From Phaeosaccion multiseriatum (lineage: Eukaryota > Protista > Ochrophyta, other classes): a stretch of DNA of 64,000 nt. The translations under genes and the position numbers were made by a program. The stretch is from positions 3,348,001 through 3,412,000 of the forward strand of contig OZ218953.1 of NCBI GenBank assembly GCA_965112735.1, read 5' to 3'. Positions 1-12,182 of the stretch are shown here, one piece after another (within the stretch, counting starts at the first letter, position 1; each line of letters starts with the position of its first letter). Under the pieces are notes generated by a model that did not search any database, was not told where the DNA came from, and was given only the letters and a program-made list of their open reading frames with translations.

Positions 1-19
1 TTCCCACTGTGCCATCCTT

Positions 20-64
<45 letters not shown>

Positions 65-85
65 CCTTTTCTCCACGACCACCAG

Positions 86-329
86 CTTGGTGTTCTCGCC
101 CAACCGTTACTGGCTGTGCGCCGCCACCACGCAGGGTATCAAGATCTGGGACCTCGAGTCCAAGATTGTCGTGGACGAGCTCAGGCCCGACTTCCCCCAG
201 ATCTCCACCACCACCCGCGCCCTCATCCCCTACTGCACCTGCCTGTGCTGGTCCAGCAACGGCTCCATCCTGTACTCCGGCTACACTGATGGCGTGATTC
301 GCGCGTGGCACGTGGCTGGCACCATGTAA
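86..329 (+). CDS. RACK1: RACK1 (receptor for activated C kinase 1, WD40 ribosomal protein), last exon only
   Basis: After a (CT)n tract and CAG acceptor: [31 protein letters not shown]...[21 protein letters not shown], the RACK1 C-terminal WD repeats. TAA at 327-329. Confidence 0.95.
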
Positions 330-787
330 ACAGCAGCGCATGAGCATCCTCACATGACTTCAGCGTTGTTGAGAGTTTGAGAATTGAGAGTGCACTTCTC
401 AACTCCTGGGCTCTGCTTTGAATAATGAAGGCCTTTTCTTCCCCCTTTCCTCTTATCTTACTATTGCGAAACCTTTATTGTATTTCATCGCAATAGTTAG
501 CTCATAATTGTATTGCAAATGGGACGCATGATCGTGTCTACGCACGCAGGCCGACTGAGCATTGCTCTACCGTGAAGGAGAAGAAGAACCACAGGCATCG
601 ACTCCTGCTGAGCTTTCCGCTCATGGACCCGCCTCGCCTCCTCCTAGCAAGCTTCTGCCCCAGCCAAACCTCATGGGTGAACTCAACTAACCGCCCCAGC
701 CCCCCCCCCCCCCCCATACACCTTTCCCTCCGCCTTGATACACTTGTCGGGTCAGTCCTGAAAATAAATACATTGACATTACCCCCG

Positions 788-1386
788 TCACGGCGTCGCA
801 ACGCGGGCGGAAGAGGAAGAGGCGGCAGGGTCTGGGGGAGTTTCGTTGCCGTCTCCGCCCAAGCTGACGTTATTGAGCACTGCCCATATGATGATGGCCA
901 CCACGAGCACGACATTGATGCACCCAAAGCACTGCAGCCCCAAGAGGAGGGTGGAGGGAAGGAGTCAAGAGGGGCGTTGGAGGGAGCAAGGAGGGAAGGC
1001 GTCACGTAAGCAAGCCAAGTCAGCCAGTTTCAGTGGGGGAGAGGATAGGAGAGGGGAAGTAAGTGGGAAGGATAGGATGAACTTAACTTAAACAAACACC
1101 CTACGCCGCAACACAAAGTATTGGCCCAACAGTGGTGCACTCACCTGAATGAATTTGTCGGTCATCATGCGCTTGCTAAATACCATGATGAGCTTGTCCG
1201 CCCGCTGCATTTGGCCCTCGATGTTTCGCACGCCTTGGTTGGCCGACTCAATCTTTTCTCTATTTGCCACCATGCCTGCGAGTGCCTCGTCTCCCACTTC
1301 GTTGGCAGCCTGCGCGTGGCTTACAATGTTCTTGAATTTGTTCTCAATGTCGTCCTGCACTCTCCCCGCCTCATCCAGCTACACCA

Positions 1387-1437
<51 letters not shown>

Positions 1438-2271
1438 GAGAGCACGCGGTGCGGTGAGCACGAACAGATGTGCAGGAAGGGGTGGAGGTGGTTGAGGTCA
1501 GGTCGGGTGGGATGTGGGGGGGGGGGAGTAGGGTGGAAAGGGGGGGGGGGAGGTGGATGGGGTGAGGTGATGAGGGGACGCACACAGGACACGAGTGGGA
1601 AATAAACCTAGGAGGAGAGACTGACTCCCCATAGAAACAAGCGCAGAGAGAGATGTCTAACCTTTTCCTCCGCTGATGCTTTCTGCGGCTCCTCCTTTGG
1701 TGAACCCCCCCTTCCCGTCAGCCCCACGAAGAGCTCACTCCTATCCGAAGTTGTGGTCTTTGCCTCTTCCAGCGTCTGCTTCAACGCTGCAAACTCCTTG
1801 TCTTTCCGGTCCTTGTCCCCGCTGTATCGCGCCTTCTGAACAGCGTCGCGCATGAGCTTGATCTCGAGGCCGTAGCTGCGGCGCATGTTGTCTATTCGGC
1901 TAACGATCTTCGAGGCCTGAAGAAGTGTAGAGGCGGAGGCATAGGGGGGGGGGGAGGGGGCAGGAGGAGGAAGAGGAGGAGGGGGAGGAGGAGGAGGGGG
2001 AGGAGGAGGAGGAGGAGGAGGAGGAGGGCGGGCAGGAAGAAGAATGAGAATGCCCCCTCTTAGCCGAGTGGACGATGTGGGGACAGCGAGTGACATTTCT
2101 CTTCCACCTGCCCCTCTACCTCCCTCTCTCCCCCTCCCCTCTGAAACAGACACGCACCTCCTTTATACTCTCTTCCCGCCCCGATCCACCCTTCCCCACA
2201 GTGTCCAGACATGTTGTAAGTTGACCCAAAGCTTTTTCATACGACTCTTCCCAGAATTTGACGTCCGTCAT
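788..2271 (-). CDS. Qb-SNARE, NPSN (novel plant SNARE)-like, 4 exons
   Basis: Exons 2271-2158, 1916-1662, 1378-1145 and 931-788 join in frame through GT-AG introns. N-terminal helical domain, SNARE coiled coil, then KRMMTDKFIQ|CFGCINVVLVVAIIIWAVL transmembrane anchor, as in NPSN. Confidence 0.8.
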
Positions 2272-2808
2272 GGCTCCCGAGAGCTGCTACTTCCTGAACA
2301 CAGAGAGCAATGCGGAGAGGGGGAAGACAGGCTGTTAGAAGAGTCGAGGTGAGAACCGAGAGATTTTGCAAGAGCGAGAGACACACACACACACAGAGAG
2401 AGAGAGAGAGGGAGACAGAGACAGAGAGGTTGTTCGTGACTCGAGCGGGGATTCCAGTAAGCCGGTTGGAGGTGGCCCCACTTCAGCGTGGAAAGCGCAG
2501 CCGGGGGCTGAAAACACAAAGGAATCCTCACTTTGTTTGAAGGAGCCAAGGAAGGGGGTGCAGGAAGAGGAAGAAGGGGTACTTCGTCGAGGGAAGCGGA
2601 CCGACAATAGGAAGCAGCGACCGTGGAAGCTCAATCAAATGCTACTCTGTAGGGAAGGAGGGGAGAGGAAGGGCGAGAGCGAGCGCAACAGCACATCGAT
2701 ATTAAGTTTCAGGTCTCGATATTTGCTGACTTACTCCCCATTCGCGCCTCTATTTTCACCTTGCACCCTTCACCCAAAGGAACTCCAGGCTCCTTCTAAG
2801 CGCCTACA

Positions 2809-5777
2809 ATGGGGAGCCTATGTCGGAGTATGGGTTGGGTCGCGTGTTCCTACTGCTGCTGCTACTTGCTATGCGTTGTGGTGTTCAAGAGCCACGCGCT
2901 TATTGTCTCGAATCCTGCCCCAATGCGTCGCTCTTGGGTAGGACAGCACCGGCCGCGCGGAGGCATGACTATGAAAGGGAAGGGGGGAGGAGGCGGAGGT
3001 GGAGGCGGTGGTAAGGGCAAGGGCAGGGGGAAAGTCAACCCGAAGCTCCTGGAGGTTCTGGAGAAGTGGGAGCCAGTGATTGGGGTGGAGGTTCATGCGC
3101 AGCTGTCCTCCAAGACCAAGGCGTACTGCTCGTGCTCCACGCTGTACAACCCCACGCAGCCCAATACACAGGTCTGTCCGGTGTGTGTTGGCGAGCCCGG
3201 ATCCCTGCCAGTGCCGAACAAGCGAGTGGTGGAGCTCTCGGCCAAGGCGAGCATGGCGCTGGGGTGTGACATCGCCAAGGAGACTAAGTGGGACAGAAAG
3301 AACTATTTTTACCCTGATACACCCAAGAACTACCAAATAACGCAGTACGACAAGCCGATTGGGTACAGTGGGGCCATTGAGCTGCCCAGCGGTAAAAAGG
3401 TGTGTGGGTGGCGGAAAAAAACTGAAGTGGCAACCCTTCAGAACAAGTGTGTTTACCAAACAAAAAGACGAGAGAGAAATCATCCCTGAAGCACGATGTC
3501 CCTCCCTTTATTCCTTATTTAAAAAACAACCCTCAGATCGGAGTTACTCGACTGCACATGGAGGAGGACAGCGCAAAGATGAACCACCAAGGTGCAACCG
3601 CATTGGCGGGCTCCACACACTCTCTGGTGGACTTTAATAGGGCGGGCACACCGCTCGCTGAGATTGTGAGCGAGCCAGACATGAGCTCGGGCGCGGAGGC
3701 AGCTGCTTACGGGAAGGAGCTCCAGGGAATCTTGCGCTATCTGGGTGCCAGCGACGGCAACATGGCGGAGGGAAGCTTCCGACTTGACGTCAACGTATCT
3801 CTCCGACCGAAGGGCGCGACAGACTTACAGACCAAGGTTCGGACACGATACAGATAATACGGGGGTGTGTTCTGCCTCTGTTTTTGTGCTTGTGCTTCTT
3901 GTGCTTTTGCTCTCGCTCGTGCTTCTGAACATACGCTTCCCCGGCCTGACGGGCGACACTCTGACACCTCAACCTCCTCGCGTCTCCTCCTTGCAGGTGG
4001 AGCTGAAGAATCTGAACAGCTTTAGAGCCGTGCAAGACTCCACAGACTTTGAGATTATTCGGCAGGCGGCCTGCTATGAGGAGGGAACTCCCATTCGCCA
4101 AGAGACGCGGCTGTGGGACGAGAAAGAGAAGGTAAGGAAGGTTCCGGTCCAAGGAAAGAGCCGTCGCGGGTTGTAGACCCCTGAGTGCCCCCCCCCCCAC
4201 CCCCCAAGGCATTGAAACCTGTATACCCTGCCCTCTCCCTCGTCCCTACACCGCACGGCAGATTACGAAGGTGATGCGAGTCAAGGAAGGCGAGAGTGAT
4301 TATAGGTACTTCCCAGAGCCGGACATCCCACCCCTGCGGCTGTCCCAAGAGCAGTTGGACACGTGGAGGGCAGAGCTTTGTGAGCTGCCGTCCGCCAAGA
4401 GGACGCGCTACGTCGAGGAGTTCAAGCTCAATGCAGAAGACGCCAAGAATCTTGTGGAGGACAAGGTTCGTTCGTTCGTTTGTTCGTTCCTTTGACACAC
4501 GATCGCACATCTGCATTTTTGTCCTTGTTTTGTAACAACGAGACCACAAACTTAGGTAAGCTCTTCCTCTCTCGCGCTCGTTCGACGTCTTTGTGTGGCG
4601 TCCCTGGCCTGCTTTGCGGTACCTCACTCTCACCTCAGGAAGTGGCCAAGTATTTCGAAGAAGCCGTGGCCGGGGGCGCCGACCCCAAGGAGGCGTGCAA
4701 GTGGATAATCGGGGACATCATGGGGTACCTGAACAAGTGAGTCTATCTGTACGTCTGTCTGTTTGTTTCCACCTGCATCATGGAAGGAGGGCGTGGCTGG
4801 CTGCTGGGTACATGGCATCTGCTACCGCTGCTGCTTGCTGCTGTTGTTGTTGGCGTTGGTGTTGTTGTTGTTTTTGTCGGCCATGGCTATACAGCCTTGC
4901 TCTTGCCTTTGCTCATTCATCGATGTGCTTCGTTTCGTGTTGCTTGCTCGCCGTGGTATTAATAACTCGCAGCAACAAGGAGGGGGGAGGCATCTCTGAA
5001 GTCACTCTCACCCCCGCCCTTCTGGGCGAGCTAACTGGGCTCATCTCCACCGGCACCATCACCGGCAAGATCGCCAAGGAGTTGTTGCCAGAGCTGCTCG
5101 ACGGCACGTGGAAAGGAGGCGTGGAGGAGCTGGTGGAGGAGCGCGGGATGAAAGGTGGGGGTGGGGGTAGGGGTGGGCTTGGAATGATGACGTCGGCTCT
5201 TGCTATTGGTAATAGTAGTGCTCTCTCCTCTCTTTCGATAAGCTGGTTTTTTTTTTCTCCTTGCTCTCTCTCTCTCCTTCTCTGCCCATCCGAAGCCCGG
5301 GCTCTGTTTTTTTACCCTCTCCCCCCCCCTTCCCACGCACTCTCTCTCTGTCTCTCTCGCAACTGTGCGCAGCTATCTCCGATCCTGCAATCATCAAGGG
5401 TATTGTGGAAGAGGTCATCGCCGCCAACCAGGACAAGCTTGAACAGTACCGCTCTGGCAAGACCAAGCTGGCGGGCTTCTTCGTGGGACAGGTGAGCCAA
5501 GACTGCCCCTCGCGGAGGGGAGGGCGGGGTGTGCGTGTGGGTGTGTAGGGGGTGGGAACTACGGACGACTAAGAGTATGTACTGCTTCATATGCGGTGTG
5601 AGGAGTGTCAGCCAACCAGCTGGCTTGATCCCATCTATCTAACGTGGTTCGCCCCTCTTGTGCTGTGCTGGTGTGTGTGCCCCATACATACACACGCAGG
5701 TCATGGCCAAGTCAGGTTCGAGGGCGGACCCCGCCACCACCCAACGGGTCACCAAGGAGCTCCTGGACGGCGCCTAA
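2809..5777 (+). CDS. gatB: Glutamyl-tRNA(Gln) amidotransferase subunit B, organelle (probably plastid) targeted, 8 exons
   Basis: Motifs [92 protein letters not shown]. All introns GT-AG. N-terminal hydrophobic signal plus basic transit-like stretch. Confidence 0.96.
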
Positions 5778-6005
5778 CGCTGCATCGCGGCGTGCGATTG
5801 AATCAGAAAGGAGCTGCAGCAGCTGCAACTGCAGCCACAGCAGCATGAGCAGCAGCCGTATCGGCAATACAGTACAAACGGTCTATATACAAACGTATGT
5901 CTTAAATGCTCTCTTGAATATCTCCCCCATTCTCTTTCTCTCTCTTGAATGTCTCACTCACTCTCTCTCCCTCTCTCTCTATTCCTCTGTGCACAAAAGC
6001 GTTAG

Positions 6006-6632
6006 CTACATGAACTGAGGGTCGAGCTCATGATGAACCGCACTCTTCGGCGTGCTTGTGCTCAGTCCCATATCTCGATACTTGATGCCATTGAAGCTCT
6101 TACTAAAAGCTTGTTGTCGCGCATGCCTCTCGAAGGTAAAGGTGGCCGCCGTAGGCTTCTTCTGGCCAATGTCTGCCGTGGTCGTGCTATACAGAGGGTT
6201 TTGGGACTTTGGTGTGTGACGGAAAGACTCAAGTAGGGCATCCAATGCCGCCTTCTCCTTTGGCAGCACCACCTTAGATGTCCCAAACTCCCCACAAAAC
6301 TCTGGCTGGTTTGCCGCTGATGAAACAATGATTGGCCTCTTGCCCAAGCTTCGTTTCCGGGCTCGCTCTCCCAACGACGACCTCTGTCCCATCGTCTTGG
6401 CCTGTCGGCTGTCGCTGTGAGGAATACCCTTGCCGACATCGTCGCTGGTGCGCGAATACATAAAGCTCCAGTCTATGTTCATCCCAACCGGGTCTGGCTT
6501 GGGCATCAGTCTCTTCACTTCTGGCGCGTCGAACGACTTGGCGCTGCTCACCTCTACCATCCTGCTCGTGGTCACATAGAAGGGGTCGTTGGAGTCCTTC
6601 ACCTCCAGCAGCCCTCGCCCTCGCTGCGCCAT
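6006..6632 (-). CDS. PIERCE/DUF4490-like ciliary microtubule inner protein, intronless
   Basis: C-terminal NPLYSTTTADIGQKKPT...RQQAFSKSF.GIKYRDMGLST resembles the PIERCE1/2 (C9orf116/C15orf65) motif as I recall it. Normal coding complexity. Confidence 0.65.
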   Translation of the reverse strand: MAQRGRGLLEVKDSNDPFYVTTSRMVEVSSAKSFDAPEVKRLMPKPDPVGMNIDWSFMYSRTSDDVGKGIPHSDSRQAKTMGQRSSLGERARKRSLGKRPIIVSSAANQPEFCGEFGTSKVVLPKEKAALDALLESFRHTPKSQNPLYSTTTADIGQKKPTAATFTFERHARQQAFSKSFNGIKYRDMGLSTSTPKSAVHHELDPQFM

Positions 6633-6921
6633 AATGAAGCACTGCCTACTGCCTCACGAATTTGCTATTGTTCTCTCCTTTCCTCTCTCTCTCTCTCTCT
6701 CTTTTCTTCCCTCTTCCTCACTGGGTAACGCCCAAAAAAGCAAAATGGTTTCCATTACGGCATGGAGCACCCCTTTTTCCCTCTCATCCACTCTTTTGAT
6801 CTCCTTTCCCCAGACTCTCTCCCTCCTTCCTTCTCGCAAGTCTTGGAAAGCCTTGGGAGTATCTTGGAAGGGAGAGGAGAAAATTAGAATGAGAGAGCAG
6901 AGAGCGAGATGAGAAGCGCAG

Positions 6922-8431
6922 ATGCCTATGGCGGCCCGTGCTCTTGTTCCCTTCTTCGTTGGCCTCTTACTTCTCTGCAGACCATGCACCGGCCGGCCAA
7001 GGGATGGAGAGGGGGGAGGAGGAGGGCCAGACACGACCTTCCCCACAATGAGTGCCCAGGACAAGGCGGCCCTCCGAGAGGAGGCCAAGAGCATGTTCCA
7101 GCACGGATACGATGGCTACATGCAGCACGCCTTCCCTCAAGGAGAGCTGAGGCCTGTAAGTTGCACAGGACGGGACTTCGACTTGGTCGAAATACCAATG
7201 CTTTCGCTGGTCGACTGCATGAGCACGTTGTGCATCATGGGGATGCACGAGTGAGTGAGAGATGGAGAGACAGAGGAGGAGAGGGACAGAGAGAGGAAGG
7301 GGGGGGAGGGTGGGAAGGCGAGAGGGGGGGAGGGAAGGAGAAAGAAAAGAGAAGGGGAGGGGAAGGGGAGGGAGATGGAGGGGATCCCATCCTCCTGTGG
7401 TGGGCTGGACCCTGTTCTCACGCCTTTTGTCTTTTTGTTCTCGAATCGCCCATCGCCGGGCTGTGTCCACCAGAGAGTTCAGAAGAGCGGTTGGTCTCGT
7501 GTCCAGCCTACTGCACTTCAACTTCGATCTGAATATAAGCGTCTTCGAGACGACCATCCGCATGCTAGGCGGCCTGCTGTCGGCCCATATGCTCGCCCTG
7601 GACCCGTCTCTTGGTCTGTTTGCGGCTGAGACCGGCGAGCACTACGATGGAGAGCTCTTGGACTTGGCGATCGATCTGGGCGACCGACTCCTTCCGGCGT
7701 TCGACACGCGAACAGGTGCGTGGGTTGGTTCGACGAGAAGGGCGACTGACGAAGGGGCACGTCCCCACGACGCTTGTGACTGACACAATGAACGACGAAT
7801 GAAATGAAGTGAGAAAACATCTCTCATGTAGCGTAGCGCGTGTTGGAACCCACTCTCATCAACCCTTTCTTGCAGGCATTCCCTTCGGCACTGTGAACTT
7901 AATGAGGGGCGTTCCGAGGGGGGAGAGCGAGTTGGCGAGCTTAGCAGGTAAGAAGGCGAGAGACCAAACCATGGATGGATGGCGCCCTCTCCCTGCTGCT
8001 GCCTAAGCTGACTGGACAGCAAGTCATTGAGTGAGTGTTTCCTCATGACGCTGCCCCTCCCCCTCTCTCCTCTCCTCTCCTCCTCTCTTCACAGGGGCGG
8101 GCTCCCTGACGCTGGAGTTCACGACGCTGTCGGCCCTGTCGGGGGACCCACGGTATGGGCAGGCGGCGGAGAGAGCCGTCCGAGAGCTGTTCAGCAGGAG
8201 GACGGCGCTGGGCTTGCTGGGGAAGCACATTAATATACAGGTGCGTTGTGTGTGTGTGTGTGTGTGGTTGATGGGGGTCAAGCATAGCAGCAGCCATACA
8301 TAGCAGCGACCCCCGCAACGTCCGTCTGCCCCGTCCCGTCCCGTATATCGCTGCTCCTCCTTACTCCCTCTCCTCCCCCTCCTCCTCCTCCTCGTCCTCG
8401 TCCTCCTCGTCCTCCTCCTCCTCCGATGATG

Positions 8432-8494
<63 letters not shown>

Positions 8495-11400
8495 CTGCAG
8501 ACGGGGCTCTGGTCGGAGTCTGTGTCGGGCATCGGCTCCAACGCAGACTCCTTCTACGAGTACCTCCTGAAGCTTTATGTGTTGAAGGGGGATCAGGACT
8601 TCCTGCATATGTTCATGGAGTTGTTCTGGCCCATACAGGTGAGGAAGGGGGATGGGTCAGTGGGTGGGTGGGTGGGTGGGTAAATGAGTAAGATGAGTGG
8701 AATGTGATTCTTCTTCGGCCAGACACACCCACGGCATGTACGCTTTGATCTCATCAACTCGAGTTATTGATTGGTTGTTTCATCGCCGTTCTTTTCTATT
8801 GTCTGTCACTCATTCTCTTCCCATGCCACAGCAAACGCTCAGACGGGGAGACTTCTTCGCCGAAGTCCACATTCAAACAGGGGACGTGACGAGAGAAGCC
8901 TTTGAAAGCCTCATGTCGTTCTGGCCGGGAGTGCTTACTACGATGGGCCAGCTCAAGGAAGCGGCAAGGGGTCTCAACGCGGGCTTCAAGGTGTGGAGGG
9001 ACTTTGGGGCCCTTCCTGAGGAGCTCAACTACGGCACCTGGCAGCTGGGCATGCACGACGGGGGGTTGGTGAGTTTTAGCTTCCAGAAAAGCAAGCAAAA
9101 GCTTTTAGGGGCTTGGGGCTCGCTGGCTAGTGGGCTGGTTGGTTGGTTGGTTGGTTTGTTTGGGGCGCAACCGTTACAGTTGGCATTCAGAACTCGAAAC
9201 AGTGTTTGTATTTCCCGTTTCGTCTCTGGTCCCTCGTCTCTTGGGGGGCACAATCGGTGTGAAACGATCCTACCCCTACCACCTGTTTCACTCGTCCGTC
9301 CTTGCTTCCCTCCTTCCCTTTCCTCCCTTCCTTCTTTCCGTTCCATCCTTCCTCCCTCCCTCCCTCTCTCCCTTCCTTCCTTCCTTCCTTACCTCCTCCT
9401 TTCCGTTCTATCCACACGCGCAGCTGTACCCGCTCCGCCCCGAGCTCATCGAGAGTACCATGCTCCAGTACAGGGCCACCAAAGACGCGTCCTGGCTGTG
9501 GGCAGGGGTCGAATTCATGGCCTCCATTCAGAAGCGCTGCTGGACGGAGTGCGGTTACGCAAGCTTACTTCGGGGGACAGACCATAATGACCACCGTGTG
9601 CTGCTGGACGAGATGCCCTCCTTCTTCCTGGCAGAGACTTGCAAGTACCTCTACCTGCTCTACGATGAAGACAACTTCATACACAGCAGCAAGGGTGGGG
9701 GATATGTGTTTACTACCGAAGCCCACCCTCTGCACATTGGCGCCATTCGTAGCGGGGGCTTTGCCGAGGCGAGGGAGGGGGGGGGGAACTCCTCCTCCTC
9801 CTCCTCCTCCTCCTCCTCCTCCTCCTCCTCCTCTTCCTCCTCCTTCCTCTCCAGCAAGCCCCGCAAGGCCCATAGTAGCCTCGGTCTCAACTTGCGCCAA
9901 GCGGGTCAAGCACTAAAGACAAAGCTCTTGACGTACATGTTTGGAGGCGAGGACGCTTCCAAGCCCCCCCTGCAGCGCTCCGGCTCAGCTGCTGCGTTAG
10001 CCACTGCGGCTGCGGCTGCGGCACATCAATCTGAGGGGGCGCCGGCGTCGGAGCGACTGAGGCAACAGCTGCTGCACTTGATGCTACAGCAGCAGGAGCA
10101 GCAGCAGCAGCAGAAAAAAATACAGCAGGGGGAGGAAGAGGATGAAGAGGAGGAGGAGAAAGCAAGGGTTCTATCCAGAGACTATGCGCGTATGGCGGAG
10201 TGGGAGCAAGGCATCAGCGAAGTGGGTGAGGGTGGGTACTCGCAGTGCCCGGCCCGCAAGGACTGGTGGGACGTTCCGATGCCGTACTCGCGCAACTTTC
10301 GCGTCACAGGTGCCTACCAAGGGGTGGGAGGTCAATGTGTGGAGCCGAGGTGCGTGAGCGTCGGGAGGGGGGAGGGGGGGGCTGCAAAGGGTTATGAGAC
10401 GACACAGGAGCAAGTGCTGCCGAGTGAGTTCAACCATCCTCTCTTGTGGCTCAACGCCATCGCCCTCTCATCCTGTTCCCATCTCCTCCTCCTCCTCCTC
10501 CTCCTCCTCGTCCTCCTCCCCCCCCCCTTCCACCTCTTTACCATCCAGTCACGTGCACTTCAGCCTGCCTGGCGTGGGGACCTTCCGCCTGCAGCCCCTC
10601 GCTGGCGGCTTCAGAGTGGTTCACGAGAGCAGCGGAGATGTGATGTTGGTAACGCAGCCCGAAAGGGGTCCTTTTATCATTTGGTATACGCCAGGCTATA
10701 AGGGAGCCGACACCTTCGTTACTTTGTCCGATGCGGAAGGTAGGTGTGGTGGCTACATGGAGGGTGGCGTTGGGGCGAAGGGAAGGGTCGTCTTGCTTGT
10801 CAAAGCCTGGCACCACCAGCGGCTGCCGTCACTGCTGCTGGTGCTGGTGCTGCTGCTAGTGCTACTACTACTGATGCTGATGCTGCCGATACTGCTGCAG
10901 CGATCGTCGTGCTCTGTTCTCTTATCGTCGTCTGCGCAGCGCTCTTCCAACGCCTCTGCCCCTTCCCATTCCCTCCCTTCCCACGTCTTTCTCTGCCGTT
11001 GTAATTGCACCATACCACATACGCATGTCCGATGTCTCACAGGGCACTCCACGAGGTGCCAATTTCGCTGGAACTCTCGGTCCTTCCCGTGCCTCCCCGG
11101 CAGCTTCTCGGACAGGGGCGCCGTCCTGAAGGGCAGGCGGGTTTTCCTTGCCAAGGATGGCTTGTTGGGATGCGAGGACGACATCCCCATTGATCCTGCC
11201 GCCAGGGAGAGTGTATACGTCACTGTTCGAGGAGCTTGCACCTTTGAGAGTAAGGCGCGGCGAGCAAGACGGCAAGGCGCGGCGGCACTCGTGGTGATCA
11301 ACAGCAGCAGCGGAGAAGGTGGGGAAGACGAGGTGCTGATCATGGCCGGAGACGGCGGTGGCGGCGTTAGCGGTGGCGGTGGCGGTAGCCGTGGCATCGG

Positions 11401-12027
11401 CAGCAGCATTCGAAACAGCGTCCTTGGGGGGGGCGCGAGAGAGGCCGTGTTGCCAGCGGCTATGCTGAGCGCGGCGCAGGGGCGGGAGTTGCTGCGAATG
11501 GCGGTGGCGGACGACGAGTTCGAATTGGATTTGGATCTCGTGACGTGTCGCGGCAGCAATTGCAGCACCGCCGTGGAAGCGAGGGTGAGTTGTCCTTCAC
11601 ATGGAGCACGCACGCACGCGCACACACAAGGAGACACTCGTCATGCTTTAGCGAACGAACACTCTCCCTCTCTCCATCCCTCCCGCCCTCGAGCGAACGA
11701 GCGCACGCACGCGCCCACACAGAGAGACAATGCTTTAGCGAGCGAACACTCCCTCGCTCCATCCCTCCCCTCCTCGAGCGAACGAACGGACGCACGGGCT
11801 CCCTCCCTCCCTCCCTTCCGTCCCTCGAACGAACGAACGCCCTCCCTCGACCTCTGACCCTCGACCTCTGGCCTTTGACCCCTATCTCCCACTCATTCTC
11901 GTCGCAGGTGCTCAGCAGACGGGAGGGTAATATCCGCATCAAGGGGCGAGGGCCTTGGGGCGTGCACATCTCGACCCTGTCACCTTCGGGCGATTTGCAG
12001 CTAGTCTTGACGCTGGAAGACGACTGA
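6922..12027 (+). CDS. EDEM-like GH47 alpha-1,2-mannosidase with C-terminal PA domain (EDEM3-like), about 10 exons
   Basis: Signal peptide. Motifs MFQHGYDGYMQHAFP..ELRP, SVFETTIRMLGGLLSAH, GSLTLEF, GIGSNADSFYEYLLK, YPLRPELIEST, DEMPSFFLAETCKYLYLLY, FTTEAHP. PA domain RGACTFESKARRARRQGAAALVVIN. Confidence 0.93.
8425..8493 (+). repeat. (GAT)~23 microsatellite immediately upstream of an EDEM 3' splice site
   Basis: Read directly. The acceptor CTGCAG ends at 8500. Confidence 0.95.
11607..11835. repeat. Imperfect ~87-bp tandem duplication in the last EDEM intron
   Basis: ATGCTTTAGCGA(A/G)CGAACACTC..CTCCATCCCTCCC..CCTCGAGCGAACGA occurs at about 11643 and 11730, with a third partial copy. Confidence 0.8.
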
Positions 12028-12182
12028 ACTGAACTGAGCCAAGGAAACCAAGATGCTCTAGCTATATTCAGCCCTTAGTGCCATAGACACAACCAGCGGG
12101 TGGAGGACGATGTGACATGAGATGACATGAGGAGCTATGGTACAGCTCTCAGACCTTGCTCAGCTCTCTCTCTCTCTCTCTC

